Below are positions 23,870-36,655 of a DNA stretch of 40,402 nt, one piece after another. Positions within the stretch are counted from its first letter, which is position 1. The number at the start of each line of letters is the position of its first letter. The stretch covers positions 53,571,122 to 53,611,523 of the forward strand of contig NC_068982.1 in the NCBI RefSeq assembly GCF_001194135.2, read 5' to 3'. The translations under genes and the position numbers were made by a program. This DNA comes from Octopus bimaculoides. Taxonomy: Eukaryota. Under the pieces are notes generated by a model. It ran no database searches, was not told the DNA's origin, and saw nothing but the letters and a program-made list of their open reading frames with translations.

Positions 23870-24385
23870 GTTCTCAACCGCTTGGGTTATGGTCACCGCA
23901 TAGTGCCAAACTAACAACATAGTCCCAGTTATGGTTACTGCATAGTGCCAAACTAACAGCGGAGCTTGAAGAAGTCCAACGTGAATACAATAAAGAGATT
24001 GAAACAGTGTGGCGGATGAGCTACAGAGATAGGCTGAGAAAACTGCAACTTTACTCCTTGGAGCAAAGTTGTGAGAGATATGTAATAATCTACACATGGA
24101 AAATTCTAGAAGGGCTAGTACCTAATTTCGGCATTGAGTGTTATACAAATACCAGAACAGGCCGCTATTATATTGTACCAAAGGTACCATCCACTCTATC
24201 TAAAGTCAGGACCAGGTACTGCAATACTCTAGGGCTCAAAGACCCAAAGCTCGTCAATGCCCTGCCACAAAAATGAAGAAATCTGCATAAGGTGGAAGTA
24301 GATGTCTTCAAAAAAGAACTAGACATCCTCTTCTCCACAATACCGGATGAACCAACAGCCCGAGATGAAGTGCAGCCGCATGGCT
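23870..24385 (+). mobile_element. CR1-group LINE 3' fragment
   Basis: WSPHSAKLTAELEEVQR...MSYRDRLRKLQLYSLEQSCERYVIIYTWKILEGLVPNFG...NALPQK*RNL...FKKELD...IPDEP. Confidence 0.85.
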
Positions 24386-24425
24386 AATGGCTAAAAAGAG
24401 TAAAATAAAAAAATCTATCTATCTA

Positions 24426-24468
<43 letters not shown>

Positions 24469-25001
24469 NNNNNNNNNNNNNNNNNNNNNNNNNNNNNNNN
24501 NNNNNNNNNNNNNNNNNNNNNNNNNNNNNNNNNNNNNATATATATATATATATATATATATATAAATGTGAAGGAGAGAGCAAACAAAGAAGCGTAAGCG
24601 TGGGTTATAAAAAGCAGATTTGTATGTTTTGTTTTCTGTATGTATCCTCATGTCTATATTTTGCATACCTAGGAAAGATCATATATACTTAAATGATATG
24701 TATGTATGTATGTATGTATGTATATATGTATTAATCTCTAACCGTTGCAGTTTGGAAAGCACATATAAGCCACAAAGGCTGTTAACGTCAATAAAACATT
24801 TAGTATCAACATTTTCTTCGCACCAATTGCGACATGGTCACTGACGCGGTTCTACTGCAACTCAGTGGACACCAAATAATAAATGTTTAAGTGAAGTTGA
24901 CGGTCTTTGTGTTTTTGAATGGCTAAAGTGTGTTTTACGTAAGTAATTGGTTCAATTTCAACACTCGGTCTCAGTTCAAAGCATTTGCTAGGCAAATACA
25001 T

Positions 25002-25044
<43 letters not shown>

Positions 25045-25049
25045 ACACA

Positions 25050-25131
<82 letters not shown>

Positions 25132-25237
25132 TGCAATTATGCGCTTTAACTACAGTGTCAGTACTCTTTAGTTCTTATTTGTAGCAATGTAGGTGTTCTA
25201 ACACCCTATTCACATTTAATGGCAGTTATAATTTTTC

Positions 25238-25278
<41 letters not shown>

Positions 25279-26862
25279 AACTCGGGGAGTGGGCTTCTTT
25301 CAGTTTCCGTCTAGCAATTCCGCTCGCTCACAAGACTTTGGTTATTCTGGGCTATTGTAAAAGACACTCATACAAGGTGCCACGCAGAGATACGGAACTC
25401 GAAACCATGTGGTTGGGAAGCAAACATCATACGACAGCGCCATGATACAAGTGGGGTGTCTATAAAAAAATAATTGCTATGTTTGGTATTTAAATATATA
25501 CGTCATTCATTTCTGAATATCATCAAACCAGCAATGGGTCGTTTAAGAACTTTTACGTAAGCTTGTTTGGTTTTATATCTTTGTAAATATTTTTATGAAT
25601 CAGTTTTATGACTTTGTTACAGTCGCACAAAATTCATTGGGAACACAATAAGCATCCTTATGGAAATACAATGGTTGGTTTTGTTGACTAAAATCACACA
25701 AACAAACATAGACACTCACACATACACAAATGTGGTTAATATATATAAAAATGTTGTAGTATCATCAAATCAAAACATTATAAAACGTTTTACTTAACCA
25801 AATCAAAAATATTACATTTACTGTATTAATTACAGGTGAATTTATTTTTTCTAATCTTTCGAATAACAAAAATAAAATTTGTCAACGTTGATGGGCTACT
25901 ACTAGATATGAAATAGAAATTGTGAATAAATCCCAATTGAGAAGTAACTTCATTTTTAACCTTTTGCTTCACTTAACACCATATTACGAGACATGACAGG
26001 TACACTGAGAAAATACAGTAAATGGGTTGGAACGACATAGAATAACTTCATACTGCGCAGGCATGGTTATATGGCTAAAATGCTCGCTTTACAACCACTG
26101 GTTTTCGGTTCAGTCCCAGTACATGGCACCTGGGCAAGTACATTCTGCTATAGTCCCGTGCCGACTAATGCCTTGTGAATAAATTTGGTAGAAGGAAACT
26201 GCATCGTGCATATGATAGGAAACCCATCGTGCATATGATATATATATATATATATGATAAAGGTTCTGGTCCAGTATGGCCGCAGTCAAATGACTGAAAC
26301 AAGTAAATACACACGCATACACGCACATATATACATATACATATATACATACATATGTATGTGTGTGTGTGTGTGCGTGTATTAGGTTGTCACGCATGAA
26401 ATGTTGCATTTCAAAGGTAACAATAAAATGTTTCAGAAGTGTTAGGAAACTGATTCATTTAATCAAAGTATGATCCATGTTCATTTATGACGTTTACCCA
26501 ACGTTTATCTTTTGCTGTAATAAACTTCCGAATGTTTCAATTACCTCTTCTTTATTTAAGAATGGTTTATTGCGTATAAAAAGCTCAAAATGCTTAAATA
26601 AGTGATAATCAGTAGGAGAGATATCAGAGTTTCAAATACCGGAGCTAAAAGCTTCTATGCATTTTCATCAGTTATTAAGACAAGCATGTCATCAGTTATT
26701 AAGACACGCTCCGGTATTTGAAACTCTGAGTATTATTATGACAACTTACTGATTGTCCTATANNNNNNNNNNNNNNNNNNNNNNNNNNNNNNNNNNNNNN
26801 NNNNNNNNNNNNNNNNNNNNNNNNNNNNNNNNNNNNNNNNNNNNNNNNNNNNNNNNNNNNNN

Positions 26863-26904
<42 letters not shown>

Positions 26905-27449
26905 CGTAAATTAGCAGTTCGGCAAAAGTGACCGATAGACTCAGGACCGGACTTAAAAATAAGTCCTGAAGTCGATTTATTTGTTCGACTAAATTCTTCA
27001 AATTCTACAGCATGGCCGCAACTCAATAACTGAAACAATTATAAGATAAAGAGGAAAGAAGATAGAAGCACTACAGCGGCCAGACATGTTATTCTCGTTT
27101 GTAGGGCCTTGATTATAAGTAGCAAATGGAATATAGTTTGCTTTTTAACCTTCAAGCATTAATTTGGCCACACAAGCTTTCATTTTATTACAATCTACAA
27201 AATATAGAAGTCTTAACTTTACTTCATATTGTCTATAAATATATCGTAATATCAATATAGTTTGTATGTGACGAATCAGAATCTGCATCCATATTTATTC
27301 TGAAATATTTTGGATATTCACATTCTGTTAGATTAACTTTTTTAATTTGATAATTTTGACTATCAGATGATAAATATTGAACTTATATGCGTTTCTTTTT
27401 AATTTGATTATTCATTATCTTATCGTAATAAACAATCTGTTCTAAACTC

Positions 27450-27800
27450 CCCAAGAAAATGTCGCTTTTTTATGGACAATGTAGATTTTATTCCTAAGTT
27501 AAGCCTTCATCTTGAAGATAGTGTGTACAGTGATATATGTTTCAAAATTTTCTTCCATCGATTTGGCTAACCTCGAACACTTTGAAGCAAACGGCTATCA
27601 GCAGATGGTTTATACGATAATCATAATTCCAAGTTTCATTATTTGCCATAAGACAGTTTGTGATCAACACTAGTACCACGTTCGGATAACTTTTCTGTGA
27701 ATCTCGTCCACCTATAATTTACTTCAGGCAAGTAAAAAGAGCGAGCAATGTTGATATGGAAGTTTGCTATCAGATGATACGGGAAACAGAGGCCCTCCCC
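27450..27800 (-). mobile_element. possible highly decayed Tc1-like transposase remnant
   Basis: Frameshifted pieces KLSERGTSVDH / TVLWQIMKLG / RLAKSMEENF / IF.DE resemble the HTH-to-first-Asp part of Tc1/IS630 transposases. Confidence 0.35.
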
Positions 27801-28323
27801 AATAAAACGCCATTTTGTTTTTTGCTGTAAACTAACTAGTCACACAAGTGTTCTTCACTATTTTCAAGTTTATGTTTCGTTACAGACATAAGAATTTCTT
27901 TTGGAAGTTCTTTCGGAATTGTTTGTTCGCCTTGTTTTATAGTTTCTTAACCTCGGCGAAGTAGGTGCCTCTCTCACTAATATTCCAAATCATAGCCAAA
28001 CGATGGTTTCTGATATAGGTCAGCAGTTTTTGACGGGAAGGAGATAATCGATACCATCAATGTTAGTATTTGACTGGTACTCCGAAAAGATCAAAGGTAG
28101 ACTTGAACTCGGCATGATTTGAACTCAGAACCTAAAACACCAGGAACAAACACTACTAAGTATTTTTTCCGATACCCAGGTCGACGATTTGATACGACAG
28201 AATCACTTGATTTTATTTGATATTTCAGCTCTTTCTTTATCAATGGCAATTGGTTGAGTAATGGCCTTCTCTGTCCTTGTAGAAATTCATTTTGTAGTTT
28301 CGTCTACATTAGCAATCTGTATA

Positions 28324-28356
<33 letters not shown>

Positions 28357-28982
28357 AATGAACGAGACTTATTCGCAATTAGATAGAATTTGATCTCGCT
28401 GAACCTTTTCCTTACTTTGCTCCAAGTCTTGATTTACGATGTTATATTTCCAAAGTAAAAATAAGCTAGATGAATTATTGCTGCCTCACTGGCTATGGAA
28501 GGCTCACCCACGAATAAGTTATATCTCAGTGATGTGAATACATTTTTGACTATAATTATATTGTAGTCGAAAAGAAATTCATGATCCACAACTCACTGAT
28601 TCCATTTATGTCTCTTACTTTGTATTAATATTATCATTATAATAGCAGAAAATTCAATGAATGTGGGAGGCTGTTTTCGTTCGAATGCGTTTTAGACAAA
28701 TCACTTTTGTTTAGACACGCACACACAAACACACACACGATTATACCTACAAGTTACAAAACAGACTTGCATTTTATGTAATTTAGTAGTCTTTCTTTCG
28801 AAATAGTAACAAATTTCCTGGTAAATACCATGACTCATACCATTCATATCATTTTCTTTGAAAAGAACTAACAACAGAAACGGTGACATTTTTTTCTTCT
28901 TTCAGTAAAGCAACAAAATAACACCTTATTCAGTATTTCTTTCCGTGTAGTTTTTTAAATACTATCTTGTCTATGCTTGTGA

Positions 28983-29302
28983 GTGGAGGTGCAATGGCCC
29001 AATGGTTAGGGCAGTGAACTCGCGGTCATAGGATCGAGGTTTCGATTCCCAGACCGGGCGTTGTGAGTGTTTATTGAGCAAAAAACACTTAAAGCTGCAC
29101 GAGGCTCCGGCAGGGGATGGTGGCGAACCCTGCTGTACTCTTCCACCACAACTTTCTCTCACTCTTACTTCCTGTTTCTGTTGTTCCTGTAATTCAAAGA
29201 GTCAGCCTTGTCACACTGTGTCACGCTGAATATCCCCGAGAACTACGTTAAGGGTACACGTGTCTGTGAAATGCTCAGCCACATGCACATTAATTTCACG
29301 AG
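28983..29302 (+). mobile_element. SINE family A, young copy with 3' end lost in a gap
   Basis: Near-identical to 2833-3217 up to the gap at 29303. Confidence 0.9.
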
Positions 29303-29840
29303 NNNNNNNNNNNNNNNNNNNNNNNNNNNNNNNNNNNNNNNNNNNNNNNNNNNNNNNNNNNNNNNNNNNNNNNNNNNNNNNNNNNNNNNNNNNNNNNNNN
29401 NNNNNNNNNNNNNNNNNNNNNNNNNNNNNNNNNNNNNNNNNNNNNNNNNNNNNNNNNNNNNNNNNNNNNNNNNNNNNNNNNNNNNNNNNNNNNNNNNNNN
29501 NNNNNNNNNNNNNNNNNNNNNNNNNNNNNNNNNNNNNNNNNNNNNNNNNNNNNNNNNNNNNNNNNNNNNNNNNNNNNNNNNNNNNNNNNNNNNNNNNNNN
29601 NNNNNNNNNNNNNNNNNNNNNNNNNNNNNNNNNNNNNNNNNNNNNNNNNNNNNNNNNNNNNNNNNNNNNNNNNNNNNNNNNNNNNNNNNNNNNNNNNNNN
29701 NNNNNNNNNNNNNNNNNNNNNNNNNNNNNNNNNNNNNNNNNNNNNNNNNNNNNNNNNNNNNNNNNNNNNNNNNNNNNNNNNNNNNNNNNNNNNNNNNNNN
29801 NNNNNNNNNNNNNNNNNNNNNNNNNNNNNNNNNNNNNNNN

Positions 29841-29911
<71 letters not shown>

Positions 29912-31264
29912 ATTCATACATACATATATATGTGTGTGTCTTTCTGTCTCTGCCTTCCACCACAGGTTGACAACCAGAGTTAGTGTGTTCACCTCACCGT
30001 AACACAGCAGTTCGGCTAAAGAGACTAATAGAATAAGTACCAGGCTTTCAAAAAAAGAAAAAAAATGAGTACAGGAGTCAATTCATTCGACTAAAAATTC
30101 TTCAAGTATGATTGTGTGGAAGCCTGTTTGATGGATTGTACCTGTTATTTAAAAAGCAACCTTTGATCTGCATTTCGGTACATTGATTCTATCAAGTATT
30201 TCGTTTAAGAGTACAAGTGCCTGTGGAATACTCGGCCACTTGCACATAATTCATTCTGAGTAGGTAGTTGTGTTTTGAATCTGCTTTGAAAATATGCACA
30301 CACACACACACACACACACATATATGTGTACATATATGACATATATATATGTGTGTTTGTGAGTGTGCACACATTATTGTGTGTATGAGTATGTATGTGT
30401 ATATATATGTATTATATATATATATATATATATGTATATGTATTATATATATATATATATATATGTATTATATATATATATATATATATATATNNNNNNN
30501 NNNNNNNNNNNNNNNNNNNNNNNNNNNNNNNNNNNNNNNNNNNNNNNNNNNNNNNNNNNNNNNNNNNNNNNNNNNNNNNNNNNNNNNNNNNNNNNNNNNN
30601 NNNNNNNNNNNNNNNNNNNNNNNNNNNNNNNNNNNNNNNNNNNNNNNNNNNNNNNNNNNNNNNNNNNNNNNNNNNNNNNNNNNNNNNNNNNNNNNNNNNN
30701 NNNNNNNNNNNNNNNNNNNNNNNNNNNNNNNNNNNNNNNNNNNNNNNNNNNNNNNNNNNNNNNNNNNNNNNNNNNNNNNNNNNNNNNNNNNNNNNNNNNN
30801 NNNNNNNNNNNNNNNNNNNNNNNNNNNNNNNNNNNNNNNNNNNNNNNNNNNNNNNNNNNNNNNNNNNNNNNNNNNNNNNNNNNNNNNNNNNNNNNNNNNN
30901 NNNNNNNNNNNNNNNNNNNNNNNNNNNNNNNNNNNNNNNNNNNNNNNNNNNNNNNNNNNNNNNNNNNNNNNNNNNNNNNNNNNNNNNNNNNNNNNNNNNN
31001 NNNNNNNNNNNNNNNNNNNNNNNNNNNNNNNNNNNNNNNNNNNNNNNNNNNNNNNNNNNNNNNNNNNNNNNNNNNNNNNNNNNNNNNNNNNNNNNNNNNN
31101 NNNNNNNNNNNNNNNNNNNNNNNNNNNNNNNNNNNNNNNNNNNNNNNNNNNNNNNNNNNNNNNNNNNNNNNNNNNNNNNNNNNNNNNNNNNNNNNNNNNN
31201 NNNTATATATCCCACTATATACATATATATATATATATATCATGCATATACACACACACACACA

Positions 31265-32320
31265 TTGGGTTTGCAAGAAAGTAATTTCGGTTTCTGGTGT
31301 GAAATAAAAGTCATTTTTTCTCATACAAAGAATGAACTTTAATCAATCATATATTTTCCATTTTGTTCGATGACCTTTTGCCATCTTTCTGGCATCTGCC
31401 ATCTTTCATGATTCTGCACTCATAGAACTTCTGGTCCTTATTAGTCAAAAACTGAAGCAAGAGCGATTTCAGCTCATCATCATTATTGAAGTTTTACCAT
31501 TGAAAGAATTTTGCAAACTTCGAAATAAATGGTAATCTGATGGTGTAAGATCAAGGCTATATGGTGGATGTGACATCACTTCCCAACCAAACTCCAATAA
31601 TTTTCTCGAGTTAAGCAAAGACGTTTGTGGTCTAGCGTTGACATGGTGGAACATGATTCCTTTACGATTTGCCAATTCTGGCCGTTTTTCTTCGATTGCT
31701 TTCTCCAGTTTCATTAGTTGTTGACAGTAAACATCTAAATTAATTGTTTGGGTCCTTGGAAGTAGCTCAAAATACACAGCACCTTTGTAATCCCACTAAA
31801 TTGACAGTATGACCATTTTTTGATGCAATTCAGTTTTCGATGTGGTTTATATTGGCTCATTACACTTGGAGCATGATCGTTTTCGATTGATGTTATTGTA
31901 GACAATCCATTTTCATCACCAGTGATGATTCGTTTAAAAGAAATTCGATTTCATTGCGCATCAGGTGCATATCGCAAATATCTTTCAATTTATGCGGAAC
32001 CCAAATATCGAGCTTCTTAACGAGTCCAAGACATTTTAAGTGATTTTCAATTGTTGTGTGTGATGCATTTAACCTCCCTGCAATCTCTCGCACAGTTATA
32101 TGACAATCAGATTCAATTATGGTTTTGATTCGGTCACCATCGACTTCAGTAGGTCGACCAAAACGTTGGTCAACTTTGAGTGAAAAATCTCCAGAATAGA
32201 ATTTTTTAAACCATTTCTGACTTGTGCGTTCTGTTAAGCAAATTAAATTCTAATTTGGTTAAATTCTATGTCTTTGTGCAGCTGAGGATTGCTCTGCATT
32301 TTAAATTGATGTAATAATTG
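31265..32320 (-). mobile_element. mariner (DD34D) transposase pseudogene
   Basis: LTERTSQKWFKKF...GRPTEVD...WVPHKL...RIITGDE...FHHVNARP...HPPYSLDLTPSDYHLFRSLQN; TIR-like ttgggtttgcaagaaagtaatt at 31265; the other TIR was not found. Confidence 0.88.
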
Positions 32321-33460
32321 CATTGTTCAATTAAATGGAGATGTATGAAACGATCGTACTGCATTACTTCTGGATATTCTTGTTGCTTATTTTGATTTTA
32401 ATCACCTTACTTTGAAATTGTATGGATAATACCGTATTAAATTCTGGTGCCTCAACTTAAATACCATATTCATCTGAATCTAAATTTTTGCTGAACTCAT
32501 CTATATATGGCTTTTTTCCTCCTTCCGACGAAGAGCCAGGCTCAAAACGTCAGCCCCACTCCTACTTTTCCATCTGAAACTTTCGCTGATCGCCATCTAA
32601 AACATTCACTGATTTTAATTGATTTTTATTCCCCCCCCCCCCNNNNNNNNNNNNNNNNNNNNNNNNNNNNNNNNNNNNNNNNNNNNNNNNNNNNNTTCCC
32701 CCCCCCCCGTTTTTTATTATTTCTGATTTTCCTATATACACACACACATACGTGTGTTTGTGTGTGTATGTGTGTGTGAAATAGGTATTAGGCTTCAAAA
32801 AGAATTACTGCGATCAATTCGTTTGACTAAAATCCACGAAAAGCGGTGCTCCACCATGGGCGAAGTTCGATGACTGAAACAAGTAAAAGATAACTGATCC
32901 AGTAATAACAAACAACTTATAGCTAATTAATCACATGTATGCTAACATATTCTTTGTTGTGAATTAGCACCTAATGAATACTAATTAAAAATACGTATGA
33001 AAAGCATTCTATACATTGACCCTCACATCTTTTTCATGCGTAGTATATCTTAGCTTGTCCACTCTTATACTCTATTTTTTTAAAAGTGGGTGATGTTCAG
33101 ATTTTTCGCTGCTATTTCTATATGTCAAGCGAGCACGTAGGCGCTTCCTCATTGATTTCTCAGATGGTTAGTAATAAGTTCTGTTGATTAGTGGTATGGT
33201 GAGTATGCGTGTATGTATATTTATGTGCCAGTATGTGTTGGAAGATGTTTGTGTATGTAGGAATATGTTTATATAGGAAAAAGCGAAGGGAGTAAGAAAA
33301 TAAAACACACGATTGTATAAATAAAATACATTACGATAAATTCAAGGATTCATTTAGATAGATAAATAAATGTAGTTATGTGTATGTGTTCGAGTTTGCA
33401 TAGTTTTATATATATAGACATATATATCATACTTACATATATATGTATGCGTGTGTGTAT

Positions 33461-33505
<45 letters not shown>

Positions 33506-33561
33506 GGGGGAGAACTCATATATATATAGTTACATATTGATAAAGAGACAGACAGACAGAC

Positions 33562-33604
<43 letters not shown>

Positions 33605-33613
33605 CAGATAGAC

Positions 33614-33655
<42 letters not shown>

Positions 33656-34441
33656 GTAGGTAGATAAGAATAAAATTAAAACAATCATTCAGTATACATA
33701 AGTGAACTCGGACATAAATTCACACATATACTTAAATACATATAAGGCATTGAAGACAAGACCGTGGTATTTACTCAAATAGAACCAAATTTGGATAGCT
33801 GACAAAACTGTTCCAAGCAGGTGATCGTTCTATTTTTACTTTTTACGGTAGCGAAACATGTCAAAGACAACGTTTAGAGTCACCAAACAACATACAGAAG
33901 CATCTAAAAACATTCGCATATAGCACAGAGAGTGTGTGTGATAAATGTCGACTGCTCACAGCTTCTGAGAAGCGAGATAAATCTATAAATAATAGCCCCG
34001 ATTCCGCGAAGATCAAAGTAAATAAACCGTAACAGAAAATACACAAACTGACTTCATTAATTTCTTTTACAGACTGAGGGAATATACGATGATGTTTTTA
34101 GCTTTCTGTTTTTTTTATCTTTCTTCTCTCACTCCAAAATAAATAAAATGCTGTGAATAAAATATATTCACATTCACACACAAACAAACACGGAAATAAA
34201 TATCCGCTGTTTATAACAAATATGAGAAGTATTCGATACAAAACTTGCGTGCAACAGTATATTTATATCCTTCCAACGGAATATTAATCTCAATCGACCT
34301 ATACATTCTTCATATATGAGGTTCCAATGAAGCCATAAGGAGTTACTCAGGCACTCAACTTTGAGTCTGTTGCATCTTATTGCAGAAACATCTATAAGCT
34401 AATGAAGTTCATAAGATAATTTTCTGATCTATCTATCTATC

Positions 34442-34496
<55 letters not shown>

Positions 34497-34589
34497 TCTC
34501 TATTTGTTTCTTTCTGTGGAAGAGCGTAGGCTCGAAACGTTAACTGGATGAAGTATTATTGATGTTTATTAATAAATCCATTGTTTAAT

Positions 34590-35870
34590 GATGGTTTCAA
34601 ATTTTGGCACAAGGCCCATCAATTTTTGAAGGGAGACGGAAATCGATTACATCGACTTAAGTACTCATTTTATCGACTGGTAACTTATTTTATCGATCCC
34701 GAAAAGATAAAAGGCAAAATCGACTTCGGAGAAATTTGAACTCAAAACGTAAAAGCGAATAACATGCCGTTAAGCATTTTGTTTGGCATGCTAACGGTTC
34801 TGCCAACTTGCCGCCTTAACATTATCCTATAATAGATTATCAAACGAGCAGAAACCTACAAATTGTGTTGTAGTTGACTTAAGTCTGCTCTCGCTTTGGT
34901 TGCTTATTTATACATTGCACCTGGTGAGGTTAGAATTCAAAACTTTAAGAGTTTCAAGAAAACACAGCCATTCTATGCTTCATTCTACTGATTCTACTAA
35001 TCCAACATTCTAATGTTGGTTTCAGATTTTGGTACAAGGTCAGCAGTTTTAGGGTAGAGGCTAAGTCGATTAAATCGACCTTAGTGCTCAAACGACCTTA
35101 GTACATGAAAAGCAAAGTTGAACTTCGACAGAATTTGAACTCAGAACTTAAAGACGGATGAAATGCCGCTAAGTATTTTACCCGGCGTGCTAACGAGAGA
35201 GGCCAAGTCGATTAAATTGACCTTGGTGCTCAAATGGTGCTACATTTATCGACTTTGAAGGATGAAAGATAAAGTTAACCTCGACGGAATTTGAACTCGG
35301 TACGTAAGGACGGACGAAATGGCGCTAAGCATTTTGCCCGACGTGCTAACGACTCTACCAGCTCACCGCCTTTGACCAGATTTTTTAATATTGGCTGCAA
35401 ATTTGGGCACAAGGCCAGCAATTTCGGGGAAGAGGCTTAAGCCAATTACATTGACCCAGGTACTTATGTTATCGACCCCTAACGGATAAAAGGCAAAGTC
35501 AATCTCGGCGTAGTAAGTATTAGTTTCAAATTGAGGCACAAGGCCAGAAAATTTGGGATAGGGCTAACTCGATTACATTGACCCAGGTATTCAACTGGTA
35601 CTTATTTAAACGACCCCGAAAGGATGAAAACCAAAGCTGATCTCGGCGTAATAAATATTAGTTTCAAATTTAGGCACAAAGCCAGAAATAATTCGGGATG
35701 GGGCTAAGTCGATTACATCGACCAAGACAAAGTCGACCTCGGCGGAATTTGAACTCAGAGCATAATGACGGACGTAATGCCGCTCGCCCAAGATGTCACA
35801 CTGTGTGATTGAACCTAGAACCATACCGTTTGATGGAGGGGAGCAAACATTTTACCAGATAGCCACTCCT
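34590..35870 (-). mobile_element. cluster of co-oriented family B SINE copies and fragments, ending in a family C head
   Basis: Repeated ggcacaaggccag / gattacat(c/t)gacc / aaaggcaaagtcgac / ggaatttgaactcag modules. Confidence 0.85.
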
Positions 35871-35963
35871 GCTCCTAGTTAGCGGTAAATTATAAATATC
35901 TAAAAATTGTCGAATCTCTTATATGACTAAATATGAAAAAAAAATTAATATAAGCAAAATAAA

Positions 35964-36130
35964 GGCGCAGGTGTAACTGTGTGGTAAGCAGCTTGCTTCC
36001 CAACCACATGGTTCCGGGTTCAGTCTCACAACGTGACACATTGAGCAAGTGTCTTCTGCTATAGCCTCGGGCCGCCTAAAGCCTTGTGAGTAGATTTGGT
36101 AGACAGAAACTGGAAGAAGCCCGTCGTATA
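35964..36130 (+). mobile_element. tRNA-headed SINE, family C
   Basis: ggcgcaggtgt...gtgtggtaag (A box), ccgggttcagtc (B box), CORE-like ttgagcaagtgtctt, end gaagcccgtcgtata followed by a microsatellite. Relatives at 26055-26212 (+), 25283-25441 (-) and 14515-14622 (-). Confidence 0.82.
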
Positions 36131-36384
36131 TCTATCTCTCTTTCTCTCTCTCTCTCTATATATATATATATAATTATGTTAAACTGTTGTGTGTCCAAAT
36201 AAGGCCAAATGCGTTTTTCTTTTAATTATTTATTTTTGTTTGCAATAGCTGGTTCTTTTGGTCAAACTATCGTATCTCCAGCTGCTTCAGATGCCATGAT
36301 ATCAAAAATTGCCAAAGTGTAGTACACTTTTTTCTGAAAAAAAAAAACGTTTTAGACTTACGACACTTTGGCGTAATAGCAACG

Positions 36385-36436
<52 letters not shown>

Positions 36437-36439
<3 letters not shown>

Positions 36440-36655
36440 CCTCCCGCCAACGTTTGACATCCGATGCTGGTGTGTTTATGTCCCCGTAACTTAGTAGTTC
36501 GCCAAAACAGACCGATGGAATAAGTACAAGGCTTACAAAGAATACGCCCTGAGGTCGATTTCTTCGACTAACACTCTTTAAGGCGGTGCTCTAGCATGGC
36601 CGCATTCAAATGACTAAAGCAAGCAAAAGAATAAAAGAATAAAAGAATAAAAAGA
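36437..36655 (+). mobile_element. SINE-like repeat, family D
   Basis: tggtgtgtttatgtccccgtaacttag...aataagtac...gtcgatt...ggcggtgctctagcatggccgc...aaatgact...(aaaagaat)n tail. Relatives at about 7121-7290, 26903-27050, 29935-30110, 32790-32890 and 37940-37990. Confidence 0.8.

Noticed and set aside
23886-26240. Short tandem duplications (about 31 bp at 23886/23928, 24 bp at 26194/26218; also at about 165-210)
   Set aside because: Ordinary slippage or repair duplications inside repeats.
28325-28354. A30 tract as the poly(A) tail of a plus-strand retrocopy
   Set aside because: No upstream AATAAA, no TSD and no recognisable retroposed body on the plus strand.
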